A stretch of DNA of 43,632 nt from a virus (Duplodnaviria; Caudoviricetes), in IMG/VR virus record IMGVR_UViG_3300029822_001168, positions 1 to 43,632 of that record; one strand, 5' to 3'. Positions 1 through 9,195 of this stretch are shown here, in pieces (positions within the stretch are counted from its first letter, which is position 1; every line of letters begins with the position of its first letter). The notes under the pieces were generated by a model. The model searched no databases and was not told the origin of the DNA. It saw only the letters and a program-made list of their open reading frames with translations. The position numbers and the translations under genes are program-made.

Positions 1-30
1 TTGGGGATTGAAAAAAAAGAAATTACTGAT

Positions 31-1459
31 ATGTATAACTTGGAATTATTTGAAGAATTAGGTGCATTATTACGCATGGAAAGTAGATATTGTAGTGATG
101 ATGGTGTATTACTGAAAAATGCTATTGTTGAAGATGCACTACAATTAAAACCTGAGCTAATACGATTATTGTTAACTAATGAAAGATTAAAGAATAATTT
201 TTTTAAGGATATTGACGGGATAACTATTTTTGATAAGGTAAGATTTCAAAAGTTCGTTATGAATAAACGTTTTTTACCTGATAGTTATACCAGTTTCAAA
301 AATAAAATTGGTCTAATTGGGGATAACGAAGATTTTTTATCTGAAAGTAGAGAAGTTGTTTTATCTTGGCCTTATAAGGATTGCGTTTTAGAGGGTGGTC
401 AAACAAAAGAAGATGCTAAACGTAATGAGATATTTTGGAATGAAATACTTGCACCCGACCAAATAACAAGGCTTACAGAGCCAAAAGTTTTATCTAATTT
501 CAAAAAGTATTCAATAGAAGGCGAAGAAACAATATCAGAAATTTCAAAAGAAGATAACCTAATAATAAAAGGAAATAATCTCTTAGCTTTACATTCTCTA
601 GCAGGCAATAATAAATATAAAGGACAAGTAAAGCTAATATATATTGACCCTCCATATAATACAGGAAGTGATAGTTTTCAATACAATGATAATTTTAATC
701 ATTCTTCATGGTTAACATTTATGAGGAATCGATTAGAGGTTGCAAAAGAACTTTTAAGAGAAGATGGAATTATTTTTGTTCAATGTGATGACAACGAACA
801 GGCATATTTAAAAGTAATAATGGATGAAGTGTTTAAAAGTAATAATTTTATTAATACACTTGTTGTAAGGTCATCAACGCCAAGTGGTACAAAAACGGCA
901 CATAGAGAAAAAACTATTATTAAGCAAAAAGATTATATTCATATTTATAAAAATGATGGAATAATAAAATTAAACCCACAATATATAAAAAAAGACAAAT
1001 GGGATACTCATTATTCTTTAATCCTAGAAAAAAAAGATAATAAATATATACTTTTGAATTTAATTGATGCTTTAATTAATGAAAACATATTAAAAGAGGG
1101 AGATTCGTTAAAGGATATAAATATTAATGATGATAGATTTAAAAAATATTACTTAGCCAACAAAAATAAAATATGCCGTCTTCAATCTCATAAAAATACT
1201 AAAGCCGAAGCTGAATCAAGAAAGTTAAATAATGAAATTTATGAACATTTTGATGAAAATTCAGAAAGTAAAGGATTATTTTATAATGGACAAGTAATAA
1301 CCCAACTTTCACAAAGTATAAATAAGGTTTATGATAATCAAACTTTCACAAATGATTTAAGTATGCTATTATGTGATTTATGGAATGATATTGATTTTCA
1401 AAACACACAAAATGAAGGTGGGGTAAGTTTTCCTACCGCAAAAAAACCCGAGATTTTAC
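31..1459 (+). pseudogene. mod: Type III R-M methyltransferase (Mod), 5' part, interrupted by IS
   Basis: IYIDPPYN catalytic motif and NLIIKGNNL motif; frame runs into the IS left end at KKPEIL; likely start ATG at 31. Confidence 0.9.
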
Positions 1460-1489
1460 GGCTCAGATGAAATATTTGGGGATTAGTTT

Positions 1490-1497
1490 TATATTTG
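1490..1497 (+). promoter_or_regulatory. Bacteroidetes -7 promoter element for IS transposase
   Basis: TATATTTG matches TAnnTTTG, 14 nt before the orfA start. Confidence 0.55.
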
Positions 1498-1511
1498 CAT
1501 AAAAAATAGAA

Positions 1512-1895
1512 TTGGAAAAAGCACTAATAGGTTATTTTTTGCCAGAAGGGTTACTTGAGCATTTTAAGATAACGAATGTAGAAGAATTAGGGGAAGTATC
1601 TACCAAAAGAATGGTTATTCAAGTAGAATTAGAGGAGATAAATACTATCCCCAAATGTTATGATTCATCATTATATGAATCTAAAGGTTTCTATCCTATA
1701 ACCATTGTTCAAGACTTTCCTATTCGAGGGAAGGCAGTTTATTTAGCAATCAAACGAAGGAGATGGCGTCATAAAGAACATAAGAATGAAATCATTCATA
1801 ACGATTACACTCTTATTGCCGAAGGTTCAAGAATAACGCAAGAACTTTCGGATTTTTTAAAAGCTACAGGTAGAGACCCGAGCAGATACCATTAG
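1512..1895 (+). CDS. ISL3 transposase N-terminal ORF (orfA)
   Basis: QDFPIRGK..YL..KRRRW motif typical of ISL3 N-terminus; inside the IRs. Confidence 0.85.
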   Translation: MEKALIGYFLPEGLLEHFKITNVEELGEVSTKRMVIQVELEEINTIPKCYDSSLYESKGFYPITIVQDFPIRGKAVYLAIKRRRWRHKEHKNEIIHNDYTLIAEGSRITQELSDFLKATGRDPSRYH

Positions 1896-2850
1896 CAATA
1901 TAGCCAGTTACTATGCTGTTCCAGCAGATAAATTACAAAGGCAATACAAGAAACATAGTAGCGGATATTCAGAATGGAATCAGAAAGAACATGCAGAGAG
2001 CTATTTACTTTTTCCCGAGAATATAGGTGAATATCTAAGTATAGATGAAGTATCCCTATCACAAGGAGAATTGTATACTTTCGTTACCAATAAAAATGGC
2101 AAAGGCAAGAAAGGAACCTTAGTAGCATCAATCAAAGGGACCAAATCAAAAGACATTGTAAATATTCTGGAAAAGTTACCATTAGAATCAAGGTGTAAAG
2201 TAAAAGAAGTTACGTTGGATATGGCAAAAAATATGGAATCCGCAGTTAAACAATCCTTCCCATGTTCTACACTCGTTATAGATAGATTTCATGTAGTAAA
2301 GTTAGCAATAGAAGGATTACAGCATCTCAGAATATCTTACAGATGGGAGGAATTAGACAAAGAAAACAAAGCAATAGACAAAGCCAAAAAGCAAGGAAAG
2401 AAATATACAGCCATTGAATTAGAGAATGGAGATACACCAAAACAACTTTTAGCTAGATGTAGATATATTTTATCTAAAAAAGCATCTAGTTGGACTGCAA
2501 CACAATCGCAAAGAGCTAAACTATTATTTAAACATTATCCTCTCTTAGAGAAAGCATATAAACATATATTGGAATTTAGAAACATATATGAGCTTCATTC
2601 TAGAAGCTATGCAGAGTCTAAACTCTTAACATGGATAGATAAGACAGAGAAATTACAAATGAAAGAATTTAACGCTGTAGCCTATACTATCAAATATAAC
2701 CTTGAAAAAATACTTAACTTCTTTAATAATAGAAACACTAATGCAAATGCAGAGTCATTCAATTCTAAAATTAAACTCTTTAGAGCTAATCTAAGAGGTG
2801 TTACTGATACTCAATTTTTCCTTTTCAGACTTTATAAACTTTTCGCTTAG
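1861..2850 (+). CDS. ISL3 transposase catalytic ORF (orfB), probably reached by frameshift
   Basis: Frame open from 1861; SIDE, TLDM, IDRFHV and TNANAESFNSKIK motifs of the ISL3 DDE domain. Confidence 0.85.
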   Translation, partial: KLQVETRADTISNIASYYAVPADKLQRQYKKHSSGYSEWNQKEHAESYLLFPENIGEYLSIDEVSLSQGELYTFVTNKNGKGKKGTLVASIKGTKSKDIVNILEKLPLESRCKVKEVTLDMAKNMESAVKQSFPCSTLVIDRFHVVKLAIEGLQHLRISYRWEELDKENKAIDKAKKQGKKYTAIELENGDTPKQLLARCRYILSKKASSWTATQSQRAKLLFKHYPLLEKAYKHILEFRNIYELHSRSYAESKLLTWIDKTEKLQMKEFNAVAYTIKYNLEKILNFFNNRNTNANAESFNSKIKLFRANLRGVTDTQFFLFRLYKLFA

Positions 2851-2881
2851 TCCCCAAAAAATTAATGTGAGCCGATTTTAC

Positions 2882-3456
2882 TTTATAGAATAATTGATTT
2901 GGCAACTCAAAAAAATGATATTGTATTAGACTATCATATTGGAAGTGGCACAACTGCTGCGGTTGCACATAAAATGGGACGTAGATTTATTGGAATCGAG
3001 CAAATGGATTATGGTGAAAATGATAGTGTGGTTAGACTAAGAAAAGTAATAGGTAGTAAAGTAAAAGATGGAATGTTTGAAAAAAACATATGGGATAAAT
3101 CTGGAATTTCTAAGGCTGTTGGTTGGAAAGGTGGTGGTTCTTTTGTTTATTGTGAGTTAGCTAAGGCTAATCAAAATTTTGTTGATGAAATAGACAATGC
3201 AGAATCAAAGGAACAATTAAATATTATTTGGGAGAATATTCAAATAAATGGTTTTTTGAGTTGGAAAGTTAACCCTAAAACAATCAACGAAGAAATAAAT
3301 GACTTTTCAGAACTATCAATTGAAGACACAAAACGTTTCCTTATTGAAGTATTAGATAAAAACCTATTATATATACCTCTTTCAGAAATAGATAATCAAG
3401 AATTTAATGTTTCTGTTGAAGATAAACTACTAACAAATAAATTTTACGGAAGATAA
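2882..3456 (+). pseudogene. mod: Type III Mod, 3' part
   Basis: Removing the IS and one TSD restores KKPEILLYRIIDLATQKNDIVLDYHIGSGTT (SAM-binding motif) in frame, giving about 667 aa. Confidence 0.9.
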
Positions 3457-3461
3457 TTTAA

Positions 3462-6113
3462 ATGAATTTACAATATAATGTATTACAATGGGTTGGTAAG
3501 AGGCAGTTTGACAAAACTGAATTACCTTCTTTTTTAATTCAAGGGTTAAATCCAGCTTTAAAACTTAGACCTTATCAAGAAGAGTGTTTTAGATATTTCT
3601 TGAATTATTGGGATAATGATTTTGAGGGGAAGGAATATAAGCCTCATTTATTATTTCATATGGCAACAGGTAGCGGAAAGACATTAATAATGGGTGGTTT
3701 GATGTTGTTTCTGTATGAAAAAGGATATAGAAATTTCTTGTTCTTTGTAAACTCAAATAATATTATTGAAAAGACTAAAGATAATTTCATAAAACAAGTT
3801 TCACAAAAATATTTATTTGCTCCTACAATTCAAATCGGAAACAAAAATATTGAAATTAAGTTAGTTGATAATTTTCAAGGAGTATCGGATGATTGCATAA
3901 ACCTTTGTTTAACTACTATTCAAGGACTGCATGATTCATTAAATAAACCAAAGGAAAACAGTTTAACATATGATGATTTTGAGGATAAACGAATTGTTTT
4001 AATTTCCGATGAAGCTCACCATATAAATACAGCTACAAAAAAAGGAAAGAAATTTAAGGATGAAAATCAAACAATAGTTGATTTTGGAAATGATTATCTT
4101 TCCGATGATTGGGAAACGACAGTTTTAAGAATTTTCAATTCAAACAATAATAATATACTTTTAGAATTTACAGCTACTTGCGATTTGAGTGATTCAAATA
4201 TAGCAGCAAAATATAGTAATAAGATTATTTTTGACTATCCTTTGAAGAAATTTAGAGAAGATGGTTATTCAAAGGATATTGAAGTCGTACAAAGCAATCT
4301 TCAACCCATTGATAGAGCAATACAGACAATTATTTTAAGTCAATATAAAAGAAAGCTCTTTATTGAAATTAGGCAGGATGTTAAGCCTGTTATAATGCTA
4401 AAATCTAAAACGATAAAGGATAATGAAATATTCTATAATTTGTTTAATCAGACCATCAAAGAGTTAAAGGCTGAAGATTTAAATAAAATAAAAATTGGTG
4501 CAAAGGATGATATAAAAGAGGCTTTTACTTTTTTTGAAGAGAAAAATATCACATTAGATAATCTATTACTTGAATTAAAAGAAGATTTTAAAGAAGATAA
4601 TTTGCTATTAGTAGACGGAAATAATATATCTTCCGAAAAACAAAAGATGCTTAACTCGCTCGAGGCTCAAGATAATGAGTTTAGGGTTGTATTTGCAGTT
4701 GATATGTTAAATGAAGGTTGGGATGTGTTGAATTTATATGATATTGTGAGATTATACGAAAGTAGAGATTCAAATCAGAATAAACCAGGGAAAACAACAA
4801 TGCAAGAGGCTCAATTGATTGGTCGTGGTGCTAGATATATGCCTTTTACAATACCCGAAACAGATAAACCAAAAGGAAAAAGAAAATTTGATGATAATAT
4901 TAAATCAAGATTTAGAACAATAGAAAAATTACACTATCATAGCTCTTATAATCCTCGTTATATTTCTGAACTTAATAAAGCTATGGTTTCAACTGGAATA
5001 ATAGCTGAAAAAACAAAAAATATTCACTTAAAACTTAAAGATAGCTTCAAAAAATCAAAATTATATGATAGCGGTTATGTTTTTGTGAATAGTCAAGAAG
5101 CTTATTCTATTAATGAGAATGTTAATTCATTTGGAAATAATATTTTAAACTATACATTTAAAATAAAAATTCATAGTGGAGAAATGAGAAGTAGTTTAGT
5201 GTTTGAAAAAGCAAGTGAGGTCGATATAAATACTAAACAAGTTAATTATAGATTAAAAGAATTTGGTAATAATGTTATTAGAGAAGCAATAAATAGAATT
5301 GATTCATATAAATTTAGTAAGTTAAAAGAAGTATTTCCTTCACTTCCTTCAATTAAACATTTTATTGAATCAGATAATTACTTAGCTAATTTAATGGTTT
5401 CTGTTTATGGTAACGATAGTGATGTAAATAATCTATCTCAAAGAAATAAATTAGGTGTAGTAATTGAAGTATTAAAAGAAATTGAACCTAATCTTATAAA
5501 GTCAACTTATGCACTACGTGGAAAGAAAGAATTTACACCTAAAAATATTAAAGCATTAATATATGATAAGGTATTAAAGGTATCGCTTGATGAAAATTCT
5601 GATCAAGAATTTGGAAGGTCAATGAAAGAACCTACAAATAGTTTTTTAATGATGGATTTAATGCAACACGACTGGTATGCCTTTGAAGATTGTTTTGGGA
5701 CATCTGAAGAAAAACAATTAGTAAAATATATGTACTCTATTTATCCTAAGTTAAAAGAAAAATATGAAGATATATATTTAGTAAGAAATGAAAGGCAAGT
5801 GCGTATTTATGATTTTGAACAAGGAAGAGGTTTTGAGCCAGATTATTTACTATTTGTAAGGAGAAAAGGAGAAAATGAAAGGTTTGAAAATATTCAAATT
5901 TTTATTGAACCAAAGGGAAATCATTTAAAAGATTATGATAAATGGAAAGAAGATTTCTTAATGCAGATAAAAGATGAATCTGAAATTTTATTTTCAACAC
6001 AAGTAAGTGATTTTAGAATAGTAGGTATGCCATTTTATATTTATAAAGAAGTTCAAAGATTTGATAATGCTTTTGAAACAGAATTTGGTGTTTCTGGATT
6101 ATCACATGAATAA
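3462..6113 (+). CDS. res: Type III restriction endonuclease/helicase subunit (Res)
   Basis: FHMATGSGKT Walker A, DEAHH, LNEGWDV, QLIGRGAR and C-terminal PD..IEPKG nuclease motif; directly follows mod. Confidence 0.92.
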   Translation: MNLQYNVLQWVGKRQFDKTELPSFLIQGLNPALKLRPYQEECFRYFLNYWDNDFEGKEYKPHLLFHMATGSGKTLIMGGLMLFLYEKGYRNFLFFVNSNNIIEKTKDNFIKQVSQKYLFAPTIQIGNKNIEIKLVDNFQGVSDDCINLCLTTIQGLHDSLNKPKENSLTYDDFEDKRIVLISDEAHHINTATKKGKKFKDENQTIVDFGNDYLSDDWETTVLRIFNSNNNNILLEFTATCDLSDSNIAAKYSNKIIFDYPLKKFREDGYSKDIEVVQSNLQPIDRAIQTIILSQYKRKLFIEIRQDVKPVIMLKSKTIKDNEIFYNLFNQTIKELKAEDLNKIKIGAKDDIKEAFTFFEEKNITLDNLLLELKEDFKEDNLLLVDGNNISSEKQKMLNSLEAQDNEFRVVFAVDMLNEGWDVLNLYDIVRLYESRDSNQNKPGKTTMQEAQLIGRGARYMPFTIPETDKPKGKRKFDDNIKSRFRTIEKLHYHSSYNPRYISELNKAMVSTGIIAEKTKNIHLKLKDSFKKSKLYDSGYVFVNSQEAYSINENVNSFGNNILNYTFKIKIHSGEMRSSLVFEKASEVDINTKQVNYRLKEFGNNVIREAINRIDSYKFSKLKEVFPSLPSIKHFIESDNYLANLMVSVYGNDSDVNNLSQRNKLGVVIEVLKEIEPNLIKSTYALRGKKEFTPKNIKALIYDKVLKVSLDENSDQEFGRSMKEPTNSFLMMDLMQHDWYAFEDCFGTSEEKQLVKYMYSIYPKLKEKYEDIYLVRNERQVRIYDFEQGRGFEPDYLLFVRRKGENERFENIQIFIEPKGNHLKDYDKWKEDFLMQIKDESEILFSTQVSDFRIVGMPFYIYKEVQRFDNAFETEFGVSGLSHE

Positions 6114-6124
6114 ATAATACATTT

Positions 6125-6241
6125 ATGATTGATATTTTGACAATAATTTTAAGTGGTGTTTTTGCCGCCTTTGTATCTGGTTTTATAAGTATATATCTTT
6201 CAGTCGTGCGGGATTTGTACTCCCGCACTATATTACTATAA
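6125..6241 (+). pseudogene. Truncated membrane-protein gene start cut by repeat copy 1
   Basis: MIDILTIILSGVFAAFVSGFISIYLS runs into the repeat at 6203 and stops inside it. Confidence 0.4.
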
Positions 6242-6335
6242 GGATTTTTAATCCGTAACTTTATTTACAACAATAATCTATCGGATAACATATCCTAATA
6301 ATAAATATCGTGCGGCATAACATATACCGCACAAC
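6203..6335. repeat. Multi-hairpin REP/MITE-like repeat, copy 1 (133 bp, lacks 28-bp insert)
   Basis: Ends GTCGTGCGG...CCGCACAAC; internal hairpins GTGCGGGA/TCCCGCAC, GGATT/AATCC, GGAT/ATCC, GTGCGG/CCGCAC. Confidence 0.9.
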
Positions 6336-6344
6336 GTAACATCG

Positions 6345-6803
6345 TTGATGATTGACATGGTTATTGATATTGATGAAACAATAGAAGAAATTCTGGAATT
6401 ACTTAGAAAAAGACAAATTATTGACGTGAAGCCAGGAACATACGACTTAGCTTATATACCATTATACGAATATGATGAGGAAATAGCAGATAAAAAGAAA
6501 TTTGTTAAGGGCAAACCACACTTAGTTAGATTTAGTCAAGTGAACTATAATCCTTATTTCATAATGAACCACATCCCTGCCCAAAGCCTTATAGATACGT
6601 ATTACGATAAGCTGGCTAATAGAATGCTCGTTAACGCTAAATGTTTACTAGTAGGGTTGCTCTTAAGCGAGAGAGACATAGAGGAATTAGACTTCTTTAC
6701 TCCTATATACTTAAAGCAATTTGGGGCATACTTCTATATAAGCAAGATACGTAATTTTATCGCTGGGGATAGATTAACGAAAGTGGATTTGATAAGGTTA
6801 TGA
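6345..6803 (+). pseudogene. C-terminal fragment of a phage tail-type protein (remnant of another prophage)
   Basis: C-terminus DIEELDFFTPIYLKQFGAYFYISKI...VDLIRL resembles Bacteroidetes phage tail proteins; frame begins at the repeat junction. Confidence 0.5.
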
Positions 6804-6810
6804 GGGTAAA

Positions 6811-6987
6811 TTATAGAAATTCTCCATTTATGCCGTCAATAAAAGGTAACCCGGTTTTACCTCTTTTAGGCTGCTTGGTAGGTAGTTTGTGCTTTATATC
6901 TTTCCAACTAAGAAAAATAGCAGCAATGAATAGTCCTACTATGGCGAAACACACTAAAGCTCCTACTAAATAAATCCAATCTGGCAT
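6811..6987 (-). CDS. Small single-pass membrane protein (58 aa, MPDWIYLVG...)
   Basis: Hydrophobic N-terminal helix; own TATCTTTG promoter element at 7011-7018 on the minus strand. Confidence 0.6.
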   Translation of the reverse strand: MPDWIYLVGALVCFAIVGLFIAAIFLSWKDIKHKLPTKQPKRGKTGLPFIDGINGEFL

Positions 6988-7077
6988 ATAAACGATTATT
7001 AATTTAGTTGCAAAGATACAAAAACAACAATAAAAAACCAAATAAATATGGCAAATAATGAAAAGAAAGTTATAACC

Positions 7078-7239
7078 GTCGTGCGGGATTTCTTGCTGAG
7101 GCAAGCGGCAAGCCGATAAGTACTCCCGCACTATATTACTATAAGGATTTAAAAATCCGTAACTTAATTTACAACAATAATTCAAAGGATAACATATCCT
7201 AATAATAAATTAAGTGCGGCATAACATATACCACACAAC
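7078..7239. repeat. Multi-hairpin repeat, copy 2
   Basis: Near-identical to copy 1 plus insert CTTGCTGAGGCAAGCGGCAAGCCGATAA. Confidence 0.9.
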
Positions 7240-7332
7240 AAAAAAGAGATTAAAGAGTTTAAGGATTTTAAGGTCGTTAAGGTCGTTAGAGTCCTTATGC
7301 ATAAAAAAAAGAACGCAAAATATATTATTTCA

Positions 7333-7493
7333 GTCGTGCGGGATTTCTTGCTGAGGCAAGCGGCAAGCCGATAAGTACTCCCGCACTATATTACTATAAG
7401 GATTTATAATCTGTAACTTCATTTACAACAATAATCTATCGGATAACATATCCTAATAATAAATATCGTGCGGCATAACATATACCGCACAAC
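7333..7493. repeat. Multi-hairpin repeat, copy 3
   Basis: Same sequence family, with the insert. Confidence 0.9.
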
Positions 7494-7563
7494 GTAAAAA
7501 GGTGTTTAAACATCATTTAAATACTTATAAATAGATTGTTGTTAATCTTAGTTTGATTTCTCC

Positions 7564-7723
7564 GTTGTGTGGGATTTCTTGCTGAGGCAAGCGGCAAGCC
7601 GATAAGTACTCCCGCACTATATTACTATAAGGATTTTTAATCCGTAACTTTATTTACAACAATAATCTATCGGATAACATATCCTAATAATAAAAAAGTG
7701 CGGCATAACATATACCACACAAC
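7564..7723. repeat. Multi-hairpin repeat, copy 4
   Basis: Same family, ends GTTGTGTGG...CCACACAAC. Confidence 0.9.
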
Positions 7724-7842
7724 AAAAAAGAGATTAAGGAGATTAAAGATTTTAAGGAGTTTAAGGTCATTATTGTCTATTAAATCTATTAAGTCAATCA
7801 AACAAATAAACGAATAAACAACTCAACAAGCTAAAATAAAGA

Positions 7843-7875
7843 AACGCAAAATATATTATTTCAATACTTTGCGTT
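7843..7875 (-). terminator. Hairpin/terminator downstream of the tRNA 3' fragment
   Basis: AACGCAAA...TTTGCGTT inverted repeat followed by T-rich tract on the minus strand. Confidence 0.55.
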
Positions 7876-7883
7876 CTTGTTTT

Positions 7884-7900
7884 GTGACCTCGGCAGGATT
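7884..7900 (-). other. att-like core: 3' end of a tRNA (probably tRNA-Arg)
   Basis: Minus strand AATCCTGCCGAGGTCAC looks like T-loop end, T-stem and acceptor 3' strand; tRNA similarity stops at 7900. Confidence 0.65.
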
Positions 7901-8030
7901 ATAGGAATGTCGTATAGCTTATTAAGAAAGCAGTTAAATGGGGGGTAAAATGGGGTTTATATTTTGCTCCTTATTCGGTTTAATCGGTTTTTATGGGGTT
8001 TTTTGGTGCGGATTTGGTGCGGGAGGGCAT

Positions 8031-8246
8031 TTACCCGATAGGCATAAAGTCAAGCCTTAGATTTAGAGCCTCTGCTATCTTATGCAGAGTGTCCGCTCCA
8101 ATATTGAATTTCCCTAATTCAATTCTGGAAAGGTTATTTGCCCCTATCCCTACGAGTTCAGATAGCTCATTTTGGCTTAATCCTCTCTTCTCCCTCTCCT
8201 CTCTTATACGTTGCCCTATTCTTAGGCGTTCTTGCTGTGCGTCCAT
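8031..8246 (-). CDS. XRE-family HTH regulator
   Basis: IGQRIREEREKRGLSQNELSELVGI...LSRIELGK HTH_3 pattern. Confidence 0.9.
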   Translation of the reverse strand: MDAQQERLRIGQRIREEREKRGLSQNELSELVGIGANNLSRIELGKFNIGADTLHKIAEALNLRLDFMPIG

Positions 8247-8247
8247 T

Positions 8248-8613
8248 TTAGTTGTTTTTTGATATGTTATTATTCGTTATATCTCTTACTATATTGTTAT
8301 CTTCCCAATCGAGATATTGCTTATACCATTCTATTGCGGGCTCTACAATTTCAGAAAGAATAAGTTCTTTCTCTTCCAATAAGGGTGAATAGTGAACGGC
8401 ACAAATAATTAGTTCTTCAATCCCATATCTATTTATATAGATAAATTGCTTGCTAATTACATTATCCTTAAGCAAGACTTCATCATGGAAAAACTCCAAA
8501 ACAGAAGCAGTCCTTACGTGGAGGAGTACTATTCTGTTTTCTAAAGTGTCGCCTTGTGGGCCGTTTCCGTCCAGGAATGCAAAGGCGGGAAGAGTTAAAT
8601 TAATAGCTTTCAT
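8248..8613 (-). CDS. Hypothetical protein
   Basis: 121-aa ORF tightly packed in a three-gene operon. Confidence 0.7.
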   Translation of the reverse strand: MKAINLTLPAFAFLDGNGPQGDTLENRIVLLHVRTASVLEFFHDEVLLKDNVISKQFIYINRYGIEELIICAVHYSPLLEEKELILSEIVEPAIEWYKQYLDWEDNNIVRDITNNNISKNN

Positions 8614-8614
8614 A

Positions 8615-9031
8615 TTACTTAATATTTATAAAAGAAGGGCAAATGTGGATGAATGAGTTCTTTCCATTAGTTACCTCAATAGTTGTGCTGTCATGAATTG
8701 TTATGTGAGCATAGCCTTTTTTTGAAGCAACTATCCCAAATAACCTTAATTGATCAGGTGTTAATTCACAACTATAACTACAACTCTTTCTTGAACAACT
8801 CCAATTCGCTGTAAGTCTTAATTCTAATCCCACTCTTAATCCCTTAATTTCAATATCCATATATTCAGAATTTTCTTTTTTTATTTTTTCCCAAACATAT
8901 ATAACTTCTTCTGAATTACTTCCAGCATGCCCAGAATGGTTTGATGCTTTTGGCAAAAAGCTATAGTCTATGTTAGAATTAAGGATTTGATTTTGTTTTC
9001 CACTTCTTAGATTATTTATCTGAGTTTTCAT
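8615..9031 (-). CDS. Hypothetical protein
   Basis: 138-aa ORF; TATCTTTG promoter element upstream at 9088-9095 (minus). Confidence 0.7.
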   Translation of the reverse strand: MKTQINNLRSGKQNQILNSNIDYSFLPKASNHSGHAGSNSEEVIYVWEKIKKENSEYMDIEIKGLRVGLELRLTANWSCSRKSCSYSCELTPDQLRLFGIVASKKGYAHITIHDSTTIEVTNGKNSFIHICPSFINIK

Positions 9032-9195
9032 TTTGTTTTCGTCGTTTATTTTCTGTGACCCCAGATTTTGTTTTAATTATTATGTTGCAAAGATACGTAT
9101 GATTTGACGTTAAAACCAAATATTTAACTTTATTTAACACTATTTATTTTATAAAACGCTATAAATCAGCGAATAAAAAACGGCAAAAACGCCAA

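Larger units (their letters stand above)
1460..2873 (+). mobile_element. ISL3-family insertion sequence
   Basis: Terminal IRs GGCTCAGATGAAATATTTGGGGATTA (1460-1485) vs reverse complement of 2848-2873, 21/26 identical; 8-bp target duplication GATTTTAC at 1452-1459 and 2874-2881. Confidence 0.95.

Noticed and set aside
6988-7185. N-terminal extension of the 124-aa ORF
   Set aside because: Runs through repeat copy 2 and across the promoter; start at 6987 is more plausible.
6203-7723. CRISPR array (GTTGTG...CACAAC ends recall Bacteroidetes repeats)
   Set aside because: Units are 133-162 bp, spacers 70-742 bp, and no cas genes are in the window.
7884-7900. Complete tRNA gene
   Set aside because: Only 17 nt of the 3' end is present; adjacent sequence does not form a cloverleaf.
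7901-9195. Mu-type TG terminal with transposase binding repeats
   Set aside because: A TGT occurs near 7908 but no convincing end repeats or TSD can be verified without the other end.
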